Shown piece after piece: positions 39,123 to 51,244 of a stretch of 64,000 nt of DNA. Numbering within the stretch: position 1 is the first letter of the stretch; the number at the start of each line of letters is the position of its first letter. Source of the stretch: Octopus vulgaris (Eukaryota); the NCBI GenBank assembly GCA_951406725.2, contig OX597818.1, positions 109,368,001-109,432,000 on the forward strand. Reading direction: 5' to 3'. A model generated the notes under the pieces. That model was not told the DNA's origin. It was given only the letters and a program-made list of their open reading frames with translations, and did no database searches. The position numbers were made by a program, and so were the translations under genes.

Positions 39123-39403
39123 ATTCTGTATATCTTAATATGGATATACTGTAGAAAACCACAAAACTGCAATATTTGTCTTGAGAAGGCATCATGTATA
39201 GAAATATACTACTAAAAAACATTGAAGAATATAAGTAGCAGATGAAAAACAACTAACATCTTCAGCCTGCAGGTAGATTTTCACCTGCTACTGATACACT
39301 TTTATGCTCTCTATCTCTATATGTTTTATGTGAAGTTTTCTCAAAATGAATATTGCAGTTTTGTGGCTTTCTACAATATATCCAAGTTCAAAATATTCAG
39401 AAT
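39123..39403. mobile_element. Foldback/MITE with ~55-bp imperfect TIRs and inner inverted repeat
   Basis: attctg..tggatata.tgtagaaa.ccacaaaactgcaatatt matches its reverse complement at 39349-39403. The inner pair is tagcagatgaaaa / ttttcacctgcta. Confidence 0.75.
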
Positions 39404-40654
39404 GCTATAACTACATCCATCACTAAAAACAAATACACATACACACAGCAAGCATCTTCAGTTTCTGACAACCAATTTCACTTCTTAACCATACAACTAT
39501 GCCTGCACCCATTCTATACTGTAAAAGAGAGAACACTTTACTGCATTACTAACTTATATGACATAATGAGTTTTGTTGGAAGACAACACTAAGATAATTA
39601 GAGCAAGTTTTGAATGTTTTGGTAGACAATATTCAAACAGTGACTTAGCCACTTTGCTTTATTGGGGGTTTTTTTTTTCCCTACCTTTCACATGAAAAGT
39701 TACCCTTTTCAAGGGTAACTTCAGCACGAATGTTATTTTTATTATTTCCTTTTCTGTGAAAATTTTGAGTCTCTTTTTACAATTTATCAACTTTCATTGG
39801 AAACTATAAACACACAAAATTTATTCAGAAAATGATGCTTACTGTTTATTTTATTATTTATATTTTTCACCTAGTTTACCTCTCTTACAGACAACATCAT
39901 TTCAGAACTTGGCTAATGTTCAATTGTCTCATTACAGATGAGATGCAACAAATACTTCACCAAAGCTTACTATATACACAGCCAGATTAATCAACACGAC
40001 TGGATTTCTACCTTTTTTTTTTTTTTTTCTTTTAAAGAAAAAAGAAAAAAAATATTAAGAAAGCTCATCAGAACAGCAATTTGAATAATACTGGGTCGGC
40101 AAATGCAGGTGTAAAATAGTTCTGCATTGATTTATGAGAATTGGTACATCATGTCCAATGAGGATGCTCTTCTGAAAGTCAAACAGACAGAGAGTTTGGA
40201 CATTAGCCAATAACTTGGAAATTGTGTTTTCTGCATGACTAGCAAACATTCTACAATTCTAACAAGATAAACTATATAAACAAATCTGTTAGTACTAGTG
40301 TAAACTTTCTCAATTCCACATAGGCAAACAGCATCCATTAGAAATACAACAAATAATTATTTTAACTATTATCAAACAGGTATCATGACTAATACAATTT
40401 CTAATATAGGTATATGCTTTCTCCTTTTTTGTTACATTCATTTGACCATGTTAGCATTTTTTAACCATTTTATAGCAAACTGCCCTTATTTACAGTAACT
40501 TATCAATTGTGAAGAAAGAATGAGACCCATTCTATCAATTAGATGAAATCCATACCTAAAAATCAAACAAAATCAAACGCTTAACAGTAGCAAGCGAACA
40601 GTTTCAATTCATTATCATTTGGTTCAGGTTTCACTGCCATTGTATCACATGATA

Positions 40655-40955
40655 GCATGAGTCTTAGTGGATCTTATGACCATGAGTTCAATTCTTGGTG
40701 TCCCATTGTGTCTTTGAGCAAGGCATTTTAATTCACATTTGATCCAGTCCACTCAACTAGCAGAAATGAATAGTACCTTTATTTCAAAGGACCAGCCCTA
40801 TCACTCTCTTTCATGTTGAATCTCCTTCAGTACTATGATAAGGACATGCATGTCAGTGGAGTGCTCAGCCATTTGCACATTAACTTCACGAGCATGCTGT
40901 TCTCCTGATCGGATAGCTGGAACCCTCACTGTTGTAACTGACAAAGTGTCAGTTA
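40655..40955 (+). mobile_element. Old SINE family E (second copy at ~26992-27200, minus strand)
   Basis: Both copies share the block gtggagtgctcagcca.ttgcac.ttaacttcac.agca.gctgtt. Confidence 0.7.
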
Positions 40956-41150
40956 ATTACAAAAATCGAATAGATAAACAGAGATGAGAAGTACAAAAAA
41001 ACAAACGGGAACATGTGACATTTAATCTTGCCAAAGAGACTAATTGTCTAAGTGAAATGGTTCCAACAAACAATTGAGACAGTTTTGCAAATTTCAAAAC
41101 TTTTCACTGCACATTAGTACTTTCTGTGATAACAAAATACAATAACTACT

Positions 41151-41448
41151 TCATCATCATTGTTTAACATCCACTTTCCATGCTGGCATATGCTGGACGG
41201 TTTGGTCGAGGACTGGCAAGCCAAGAGGCTGCACCACACTTCAATCTGATCTAGCAAGATTTCTACATCTGCATGCCCTTCCTAATGCCAACCACTCCAA
41301 GTGTGTAGTGGGTGCTTTTTAAGTGCCTTCGGCATGGGGGCCAGTTAGGCAGCACCGGTACTGACCACGCTTGAATGGTGCTTTTTACCTACCACAGGCA
41401 TGGGAGCCAGTCAGGCAACACTGGTATCGACCACTCTCAAATGGTGCT
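41151..41448 (-). mobile_element. RTE 3'UTR-derived repeat (family B) flanked by ~150-bp direct repeats
   Basis: It matches the family, and its flanks ~40987-41140 and ~41449-41600 are homologous. Confidence 0.85.
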
Positions 41449-42809
41449 AGAAATACAATAAGAAATGGGAACTTATGACATTTAATCTTGCCAAAGTGAC
41501 TAATTGTCTAAGTGAAATGGTTTCAACAAACAATTGAGACAATTTTGCAAATTTCAAAACCTTTCACTGCACAACAATGCTTTCTGGGATAGCAAATATT
41601 AAATGTAAAGCAGTTGTGTGGAAGATCTATGAAGTTTATTTTATCCCTTTCCACTCACTATCAGCCATTGAAATAATATGGGGAAGTTATTTGAGTTTTA
41701 ACATTTTGGGATTGAGAGAGAATCTGTTTCTGAATAGGATTTAAGTTTGATGTAGATTCTTGAAATGCACAGAAAGACAAGTGAGTGAGCTTATGCAGCA
41801 TTGAAGGAAGATTATAGACATTTGGCAGATTTAGATAAAATAGTAGCAGTAGAAGAGGATGACAGCAGTGGTAGAGAAGGAAAGAAAGAAAAACACAGTG
41901 ATGAAATGAAGAACATTAGTTATTGTTGCTGTTCTTTAACCCTAGGTCTGTCCTCATCAAGGAAGCCTATGAGCGACAGTGTTCCAATCTAACCATCCTG
42001 TCTTATTAGAGATAACAAGGACTGCATTATCTAACATGGTCTCTCTTTTCAGTGGGATAGAAAGGTGTAAATTGAAGAAGATGTGGCTGCTACTTCTAGC
42101 AAATCAGGTTGCCATATAGCAGTTTTTTTGGTTAACTTGTAAAGAAGTAAAGAGAAAGTACAGCGGGGAGAGAGGTAGTAGCAGACAGTCAAAATATTTA
42201 GTTCCATTTTGATGGCTGTTAAACATGAGTAATAGAAGCTTGAGGGAGGTAAGCGGTGTCAATGACAACAAAATATTTTACATAATTGACAATATAAATA
42301 AACTTGAATGAAAAACAAGAATAAAAAGACAAAACTGAAATTTTCCCCTTAAGGACAAGAGAAATATCATCAATTAATTTGTCTATTAGTTGATGGAGAT
42401 TTCAGATATAGGAAGAAAAGTAAGGAAGTTTGATAATATAAAAAAAAAATTTTAAATAAAACCAAAAGTGAATTTTTATTGGAAAAATTAGGTGGCAAGA
42501 AGTGTTTTCTCTCACGATGACTACTACTACTACTTCCACAACCACTACAACTACCATCTCATTTAAGTCAGTTATAATTTTTCTTTGAAAGGATTTTTAT
42601 CATCTTAAAAGGATTAAAACACTGAAGATTGTTTGGCCAATACAAAAAACATCAAGTCAAGTTGATCTGTTTTTATGTTTTGGTTTTTGCTTCTTTTTTT
42701 TACAAATATTTTAATATATTATTGGCAAAATAAATCATTGAGGAGAAAATGTTTCAAGATCTGTACATGAACACACACGCACATACAACAACATATGCAT
42801 TAGACACCC

Positions 42810-42901
<92 letters not shown>

Positions 42902-42908
42902 ATATATA

Positions 42909-42945
<37 letters not shown>

Positions 42946-43242
42946 GGAGGCGCAATGGCCCAGTGATTACGGCAGCGGACTCGCAGTTGTAGGATTGCGG
43001 TTTCGATTCCCAGACCGGGCGTTGTGAGTGTTTATTTAGTGTAAACACCTAAAGCTCCACGAGGCTCCAGCAGGGGGTGGTGGCGATCCCTGCTGTACTC
43101 TTTCGACACAACTTTCTCTCACTCTTTCTTCTGTTGGCCTGCTCGCTTAGCCAGAGGGGTGGCGTCATTTGAAGGCTAAAACAATGCAAAGTGCATTGTG
43201 ACCAGCGATGTGTAGCAACATCTGATAGCCTGGTCGGTCACG

Positions 43243-43247
<5 letters not shown>
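42946..43247 (+). mobile_element. tRNA-derived SINE family D inserted in (TA)n
   Basis: The head ggcgcaatggcccagtg...ggtttcgattcc carries A/B boxes. The 3' part gaaggctaaaacaatgcaaag...gtgata is shared with the diverged copy at ~36355-36616. Confidence 0.8.
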
Positions 43248-43286
<39 letters not shown>

Positions 43287-43539
43287 TGTATGTGTGTAAA
43301 ATACACAGCCCCTTTCAGAGACAGTACAAATTTGGGGGAAAATACAACACACACAGATTTGTTTTCAGCTGATGGTTCATACCCTCATTACACAAAGTTT
43401 CTCCCACTGCACAATCGTTCAGACAGTAGAATGGTGAAATTGTCTTCTTAGTTACTGAACAACTGCACACATTCAGACATTCTGAGTAACAATGGAGTGA
43501 ATCATACAATTCAAGTAAATGCATAACCTGCATTTCCAG

Positions 43540-44095
43540 GTAAGCAGCACTCCACCTGCTTGCTTACACATACACAAACATCTTAGTAGCCTCAGACTTG
43601 TGAGCATGGTTGCTGGCATCTTCCCACGTGGTGCTAAGTTGCTTCAGATCTTCTTTGAAGGTGGTATGCCATGCCTTCTCGAGTCTTCCTCTCTTTCTTT
43701 GTCCCTCAGTTGGTACCCATTGTATAGACATCTTGAGTATTCATTTAGTATTTTCTGGCAGTCAGAAAACATGACCTGCAAGTCTCACTCTTTTTCTGCC
43801 CCAATCTCCTGCAGGCTGTGCAGACCGATTCTTCTCAAGTCTTCAGAGTTTGTGAATCTGGCCCCTGCAGGTGATCTTCATTATTCTGTGAAGACACCAT
43901 TGGTGGGATGCATTCAACCTGTGAATGGTCTTGGCTATTATTTACCAAGCTTCTCTTGCATAGACTGCTGTTGGCAGCAGGATAATGCTCTAATACAGCA
44001 GGATCTTCAAGCTAATTAAAGTGCTGGCTCGGATTTTGTGCATTCTTCTGAACACTGCTGCTGCAAGCCCAATTCTAGAGTTGACATCTGCTTCA
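43540..44095 (-). mobile_element. Decayed RTE-like LINE C-terminal fragment
   Basis: Minus-strand pieces read HRLNASHQWCLHRIMKIT...RLAGHV...QWVP...WHTTFKEDLKQL, typical of the RTE thumb/C-terminal region. Confidence 0.6.
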
Positions 44096-44459
44096 GTACA
44101 CACACACACACAGCTAGAGAAAGGTGAATTGGCAGAATACCTTGTGTTACAAGTCTCTATGCTCTCAGATCAAATCAAGTTTCAGTCAACCTTCCTGAGT
44201 TGATATAAAAGTACCAGTCCGAGAAGTTGGTTTGCAGTCACTCTTTTGTCGTTCTGACCATCAGAAATGCAGTGAATGGTTAATTGGAAGTCAATAACCA
44301 GTAATACTACTGTTGACTAACTGTGATATAGAATAAAATACACATAAAACCCATACACAGATATTCCAGATCTTTGTTCTATCAGCAACAATTACATCAC
44401 TGATAACAAGGTGTAGTGGCCCAAATGGGCAGCCTTTCTTGTGGATAATTATTACTTTA

Positions 44460-44840
44460 GGTACAGGTGTGGCTGTGTGGCAAGAAGTTTGCTTCCCAAC
44501 CACATGGTTCAAAGTTCAATCTTAGTATGTGTTATCTCAGGCAAGTGTCTTTTACTATAGCCTTGGGCCAACCAAAGCCTTGTGAGTGGATTTGGTAGAC
44601 AGAAACTAAAGGAGGCCCATCTTACGTGTGTATGTCTTTGTCCACCACCACCACTTGACAACTTTGTAACTTAGTTCGTTTACAACTTTGTAACTTAGCA
44701 ATTCAGTAAAAGACACCAATAGAATAAATACCAGACTTTAAAACAAAAAAGGATTGGGGGTGGGGGCATTCTGTTCGACTAGGATTCTTCAAAGTGGTGC
44801 CTCATCATGACTGCAGCCTAATAAATGAAACAAGTAAAAA
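44460..44840 (+). mobile_element. SINE family A
   Basis: ggtgtggctgtgtggcaag...gaaacaagtaaaaa. Confidence 0.85.
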
Positions 44841-45044
44841 AAAAAAAAAGAAAAGAAAAAAAAACATAATGGAAAGGAGAGGCTCCATGCACTGGCAACG
44901 ACCAGTCTGCACAACTATCCTACTCCAGTGCATACATTGGTCAACTTTGACCAATGGAGGCCCTATATAGATAAAGACAGACAGAGAGAAAAGGGACAGA
45001 AATTAATATGCACATGCTAAAACATACAGTTAAATGCAGCTATT

Positions 45045-45462
45045 ACTCTTTTACTTGTTTCAGTCATTTGACTGTGGCCATACTGGAGCATCGCCTTTAG
45101 TCAAGCAGATTGACCCCAGAACTTATTCTTTGTAAGCCTAGTACTTATTCTATCAGTCTCTTTTGCTGAACCGCTATGTTACGAGGACATAAACACACCA
45201 GCATTGGCTGTCAAGTGATGTTGGGGGGGGAGGCAAACATACACACACACACACACACACATACACACACACACACATATATATATATATACATGTATAC
45301 GACGGGCTTCTTTCAGTTTCTGTCAATCAAATCCATTCACAAGGCATTGGTCGGCCTGAGGCTATAGTAGAAAACATTTGCCCAAGGTGCCACGCAGTGG
45401 GACTGAACCCGGAACCATGTGGTTGGTAAGCAAGCTACTTACCACACAGCCACTCCTACGCC
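45045..45462 (-). mobile_element. SINE family A, full length
   Basis: Reverse complement of the family consensus. Confidence 0.9.
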
Positions 45463-45783
45463 TATGTGGATAATTATGTGATTCCTTAGTTACACTTGTA
45501 AAAACCGAAAGAAGCCTTGTGTGTGTGTATGCACATATAGGAGTGGTGTTTTTGTTTGACACTGTGTGATAGTTGTAAATGAGTGCCACTGCTGTCACCA
45601 AAAAATATAAGCATTAGTAAGAAAATATGTTTTCTAAAGTCCTTTTAGATATCTTTTCTGCAATGAGTTGCAGTCTCTGTCATTCTCACCATTAGAAACA
45701 CAGTGAATGGTTAATAGGAAGTCAATAACCAGTAATGCTACTGTTGACTAATTGCAATGTAAAATAAATCCACATACAATCAT

Positions 45784-45837
<54 letters not shown>

Positions 45838-46974
45838 CAATATTCAAAATAAACAATAAGTAAATGGATAATTTTGAATTCAATGCATTTAAATTGATAC
45901 ATTATATTCTACACCTTTGAATTTTATAGTAGTTGAAACATTATTTTGTCGTGAATAACAGAGTAATTTAATTGCTAAAAACAGCATGTTCAGACCAATA
46001 TGTAAAGATCATGATTGAGTAGCAAATGTATTGATACCCAGTCAGGTGGGCTTGAAATCACTGATATTCAGATTTGATGGAATAGTGATGGAGGGAGTGG
46101 GGGTTTCAAGTTGAGATGATAAACCAATTCCTGAGAGGACCTGCGGCAGTTGGAACAAGCAGTTCAGTTCACTTGAAATGCATTTTTAAAAAAAATTTTC
46201 AAATTGCTGACCTAACCAACCCATACTGATGTAAAGAAAAAGGGGAAGGAAACTGAACTGAAACAGACAATGACGTTAATAAAAAGATGGTGAGGGCAAG
46301 AAAAATGACAGATCAGTTATGCTCAATAAGCACACTCAATGACCTGAAGCCAACAAATGGAGAACAAAAATTCTGAAGTTAAATTCTATAAATGCAGAGA
46401 AATTTTAGAGAAAGCTATTAGTGAAATTAGTGCTACCAATAATTTAGTAATGGAGATAGGGTAAGGGGGCATATTTCAGAAAATGTAATCTATTTCTTAA
46501 TCAACAAGTCGGTTTTCCACTAAATAGTTAGTGGTTGTTTCAAGAATGAGGTTAGAGGCATGTGGTGATTTTATGAAAGTTAAAGGCAACAACTTGAGTG
46601 GGAGTGGAGTTGTTTCCATTTCAAAACCTGCTTAACTGTGCTTCATAAATACACCAACACATACAAAGTCAAACATACACATATACATACATATCATCAT
46701 CATCATCATCATCATCATCACACACATATATGTACATATACATATAATTATATATATGTATATACCTACACACATATATGTACATATATAAACACATACA
46801 TCATCATCGTTTAACGTCCATTTTCCATGCTAGCATGGGTTGGATGGTTTGACCGAGGTCTGGGAAGTCAGAAGGCTGCACCAGGCTCCAGTGTGATCTG
46901 GCAGTGTTTCTACAGCTGGATGCCCTTCCTAACGCCAACCATTCCGTGAGTGTACTGGGTACCTACACATCCAC

Positions 46975-46979
46975 ACACC

Positions 46980-47030
<51 letters not shown>

Positions 47031-47216
47031 TACACAAACATACATATATATATATATACATATTACACACACACACATACATATATATATACATATTACA
47101 CACACACACATACATATATATATACATATTACACACACACACATACATATATACATATTACACACACACACATACATATATACATATTACACACACACAC
47201 ATACATATATACATAT

Positions 47217-47267
<51 letters not shown>

Positions 47268-47274
47268 TACACAC

Positions 47275-47305
<31 letters not shown>

Positions 47306-47311
47306 CATATT

Positions 47312-47348
<37 letters not shown>

Positions 47349-47358
47349 CATACATATT

Positions 47359-47391
<33 letters not shown>

Positions 47392-47397
47392 CATATT

Positions 47398-47441
<44 letters not shown>

Positions 47442-47442
47442 T

Positions 47443-47473
<31 letters not shown>

Positions 47474-47479
47474 CATATT

Positions 47480-47510
<31 letters not shown>

Positions 47511-47516
47511 CATATT

Positions 47517-47549
<33 letters not shown>

Positions 47550-47555
47550 CATATT

Positions 47556-47591
<36 letters not shown>

Positions 47592-47596
47592 ATATT

Positions 47597-47642
<46 letters not shown>

Positions 47643-47649
47643 TACACAC

Positions 47650-47691
<42 letters not shown>

Positions 47692-48038
47692 TATAAGGCG
47701 GCGAGCTGGCAGAAACGTTAGCACGCCAGGGGAAATGCGTAGCCGTATTTCGTCTGCCGCTACGTTCTGAGTTCAGATTCCGCCGAGGTCGTAAGGCGGC
47801 GAGCTGGCAGAAATGTTAGCATGCCAGGGGAAATGCGTAGCCGTATTTCGTCTGCCGCTACGTTCTGAGTTCAAATTCTGCCGAGGTCGACTTTGCCTTT
47901 CATCCTTTCGGGGTCGATTAAATAAGTACCAGTTACGCACTGGGGTCGATATAATCGACTTAATCCGTTTGTCTGTCCTTGTTTGTCCCCCCTGCGTTTA
48001 GCCCCTTGTGGGTAGTAAAGAAATATATATATACATAT

Positions 48039-48083
<45 letters not shown>

Positions 48084-48084
48084 T

Positions 48085-48115
<31 letters not shown>

Positions 48116-48170
48116 CACACACACATACATACATACAAACACACCTATATACAGACACACACATACACAC
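46975..48170. repeat. Compound minisatellite [(TA)n-CATATTA-(CA)n-TACA], interrupted by SINE C
   Basis: About 20 units of variable length; these generate the spurious YIYTH ORFs. Confidence 0.95.
47694..48025 (+). mobile_element. tRNA-related SINE family C with tandemly duplicated 5' head
   Basis: taaggcggcgagctggcagaa...gagttca.attc.gccgaggtcg occurs twice (47694-47791 and from 47792), then the body gactttgcctttcatcctttcggggtcgat. Other copies lie at ~50606-50833 (+), 56490-56723 (-) and, decayed, 28575-28785. Confidence 0.85.
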
Positions 48171-48199
48171 ATATGTAAATGTCAAATGATGAAAATGAG

Positions 48200-48720
48200 T
48201 GCTCTCCATGCCAGCAGGCACCTCTTTTGTGGAACTTGCAGATAGACCTTTTTCTCTGAGAGGGTCTCATTTGGGTTTTTATTTTAGAACCATTTTCACT
48301 GAGCTTTCGTCTGGTTTCATCTTTTTCTACTTCTTCATTGCTACTTTGGGACTGTGGTTGTTTGCACTTTTCTCGTTTCCTTCCTTGTTGAGCTTTTTAT
48401 CTTTGCTGTTGATGTTGCCACTGCTTTCCATGTGTGGTTTCTCACAAGCAGTGTCATCAATTTTTACCACTTTTGAAAATGATGTCCAGTTTCTCCAGGT
48501 GTGGCCATATGAGCACATAAGATCGGATGAACTAATTCTTCTTCCACTCTATTTGTGCCACAGATCTAGAGAAACCATTGCTCTTCAGGGCAGCTGTAAT
48601 CAAATTATTTGGTGAATCACTTTCTGCGATTTCTCAGGCACATAGGAACAATCCTATCACTGTAGACTTCCAATTTCTTGCCATCTTCCTTGTGGTGTAT
48701 AGCTGTGGTTGTGTGTACAG
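48200..48720 (-). pseudogene. Possible decayed LINE ORF1 (L1/Tx1-like) fragment
   Basis: Broken minus-strand reading with a knuckle-like CSYGH and a K/E-rich tail; the resemblance is weak. Confidence 0.25.
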
Positions 48721-49034
48721 TTGGTTTTTGAGTGCAGGTATGGAGAGAGAAGAGAAGTGATGGGAGAAAGACAGGAGGGGAATGAGAAGTTGGGTAGATA
48801 AGAGGAGAAGCAAGCCAGGGGAGGGAAGAGACCAAAAGGGGTGATGGGGGAAATGTGAGGGGACAGACTGGAAAGTTAAGGCAGAGAAGGGGGCAGAGAG
48901 GAGATTGAGAGGGAAGCAGAGATGAGGGAAGGGTAGGGTATGCAGGGGGAATGGATGTGCAGATAAGTGGGGGATTGGGTTGATGGAGATAAGGGAGGGG
49001 ATAAGTGGGAGTGAGAGAGGGAAAGAGAGACTAG

Positions 49035-49570
49035 AATATTTGTAAATAAGAGCAAAGTTGTAGAGAGAAAAAGAGTGAAAGGAAGAAAGGGTATGCATTT
49101 GGAGAAAGTGAAGGAGAGGTGGGGATAGACTAGATACACAATGATTCTAGTACAGAGAGAGAGAGAAAAAGAGAGAGAGAGAGAGAGGGGGAGAGAGAGG
49201 AGAATGCATCACTAGTGTTTGAGTGAGAAAGTGAGTAAATATATTTGTAAATAAGAGAAAAAGAGTGAACGGAAAAAAGGATATATATTTGGGGAAAGTG
49301 AGAGGAGGAGAGAGAGACTAGATACACATTTATTTTAGTTCAGGGGGAGGGGCAGAGAGGAGGAGGAGGAGGATGTATCACTAGGGTCTGAGTGAGAAGT
49401 AAAAGTCTTTGAAAATAAGAGTAAAGTGGAGAGAAAAAAAGACATACATTTGGAGAGAGTGGGAAAGAGACTAAATACACATTGATTCTAGTAGAGAGAG
49501 AGAGAGGAGTATGTATCACTAGTGTTTGAGTGAGAGAGTAAGTCAGTAAATATATTTGGAGAAAGTGAAC
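49035..49570. repeat. GA-rich tandem repeat, ~3 units of ~170-200 bp
   Basis: gacta.atacaca.t.att.tagt ... atcactag.gt.tgagtgaga ... aaataagag recurs three times. Confidence 0.75.
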
Positions 49571-50567
49571 CAGGAGCTGATGTGGACAGTTGACATGTGT
49601 GAGACAGTATCAGACGGTTGGTTCAAAGTGAATGCTGGGAAGTTGGCATCAGTGGTTGATGTAAACGGTAAGCGATGTGAGTTGGTGTCAGACTGTTGCT
49701 TTGAAGTCAGAGCCAAGGAGTCGACATACGCAGTTTATGTGAACAGATGATATGACAGTCTGTGCCTGGAATCAAGGTGAGGCATTTGATGTCGGGTACT
49801 TGGGTACTTCATGTGGAACAGTTGACACAGGAGACAGTTGACATCAGCTGGTGTGATGGTGTGATGTCAGTCAGTTAAGGAACAGTGGTGTCCTTACTGT
49901 GAAGAGGACGGTTTTGAACTGACTGCAAAATTAGTCACTGTGAACTTGGCAGCATAAAAACACAGAGTGTCAAGTTGGCTTTCAGACTAATGTGAATTGG
50001 AAGTAACAACAGAGTCCAGTCAAAAAGAGAAATATATAGAAAATAAATCATTTGACTAGTGAATAAAAGAAGAGCTCACAAAACGAAGTCTATTCTACAC
50101 ATTTTAGAGGTAAATGAAAGAGCTCACTAAAATATATTCCATAAATTTTTATTCGCTGCTTAATTAAAGTTCTTTTATTTTGCTTAAACTCAACAGTTTG
50201 TTTGTTCTTGTCAACTCTTCTGACTTCTATAACTACTATTTCTTCCTCTCTAAGCAAGTGGGCTTGCTGAGCTGGCCTGTGATTATTCCTCACTGCTGTC
50301 CAAACTGTTGCAGCTATGTTGGTGGTGGTACCAAGAGGTTGCAGTGCACAACAATATATATAAATATATATGTATAAGTTCAGCAAAATTTAGATTCAGA
50401 TGAATATGGTACTTAAGTTAAAGGCACCAGAATTTGGTATGGTATTATCCATGCTGAAGAGTGCTCTACATTTTAAAACTGATGTAATACTTACATTGTT
50501 TAATTAAATGAAGTAGCATGAAATGATTGTACTACACTACCTTGGATATCCTTGTTGCATATTTTGA

Positions 50568-50609
<42 letters not shown>

Positions 50610-51244
50610 CGAGCTAGTAGAATCATTAGCACGGTGGGCAAAATGCTTAACGGTATTTCGTCTGCCGCTACGTTCTGAGTTCAAATTCCGCCGCGGTTAA
50701 CTTTGCTTTTCATCCTTTCAGGGTCGATTAAATAAGTACCAGTTACGCACTGGGGTCAATGAAACCGACTTAATCCATTTGTCTGTCCTTGTTTGTCCAC
50801 TCTATGTTTAGCCCCTTGTGGGCAATAAAGAATTAAATATATATATCATCATCATCATCATCGTTTTACATCCATTTTCCATGCTGGCATGAGTTGGATG
50901 GTTCGAGTGGGGTTTGGGAAGCCAGGAGGCTGCACCAGGCTCCAGTCTGATCTGGCAAAGTTTCTATAGCTGGATACTCTTCCAAACGCCAACCACTCTG
51001 AGAGTGTAGTGGGTGCTTTTTAGGTGCCACCAGCACAAGGGGCCAGAGGAGCTGGCATTGACCATGATTGGATGGTGCTTTTTACGTGCCACTGGCACGG
51101 AAGCCAGTCAAGGCAGCACTGGCATTGGCTACGTTTGGATGGTGCGTTTTACATGCTACCAATATATACATGCACACATAGCAAACAGACTCTCCTGCCA
51201 GTTTTGACATATGAAGATCTGACAACCTACACTTTTTTTGTCAA

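Noticed and set aside
39697-39721. Perfect 11-bp hairpin aagttaccctt-ttc-aagggtaactt
   Set aside because: It is isolated, does not fit the histone stem-loop consensus, and has no associated gene.
42946-43020. tRNA-like sequence with A/B boxes
   Set aside because: It has no clean acceptor stem and continues into a SINE body shared with another copy.
46904-47770. 288-aa and 248-aa ORFs rich in Y/I/H/T
   Set aside because: These are translations of a TA/CA minisatellite that lacks stops by composition.
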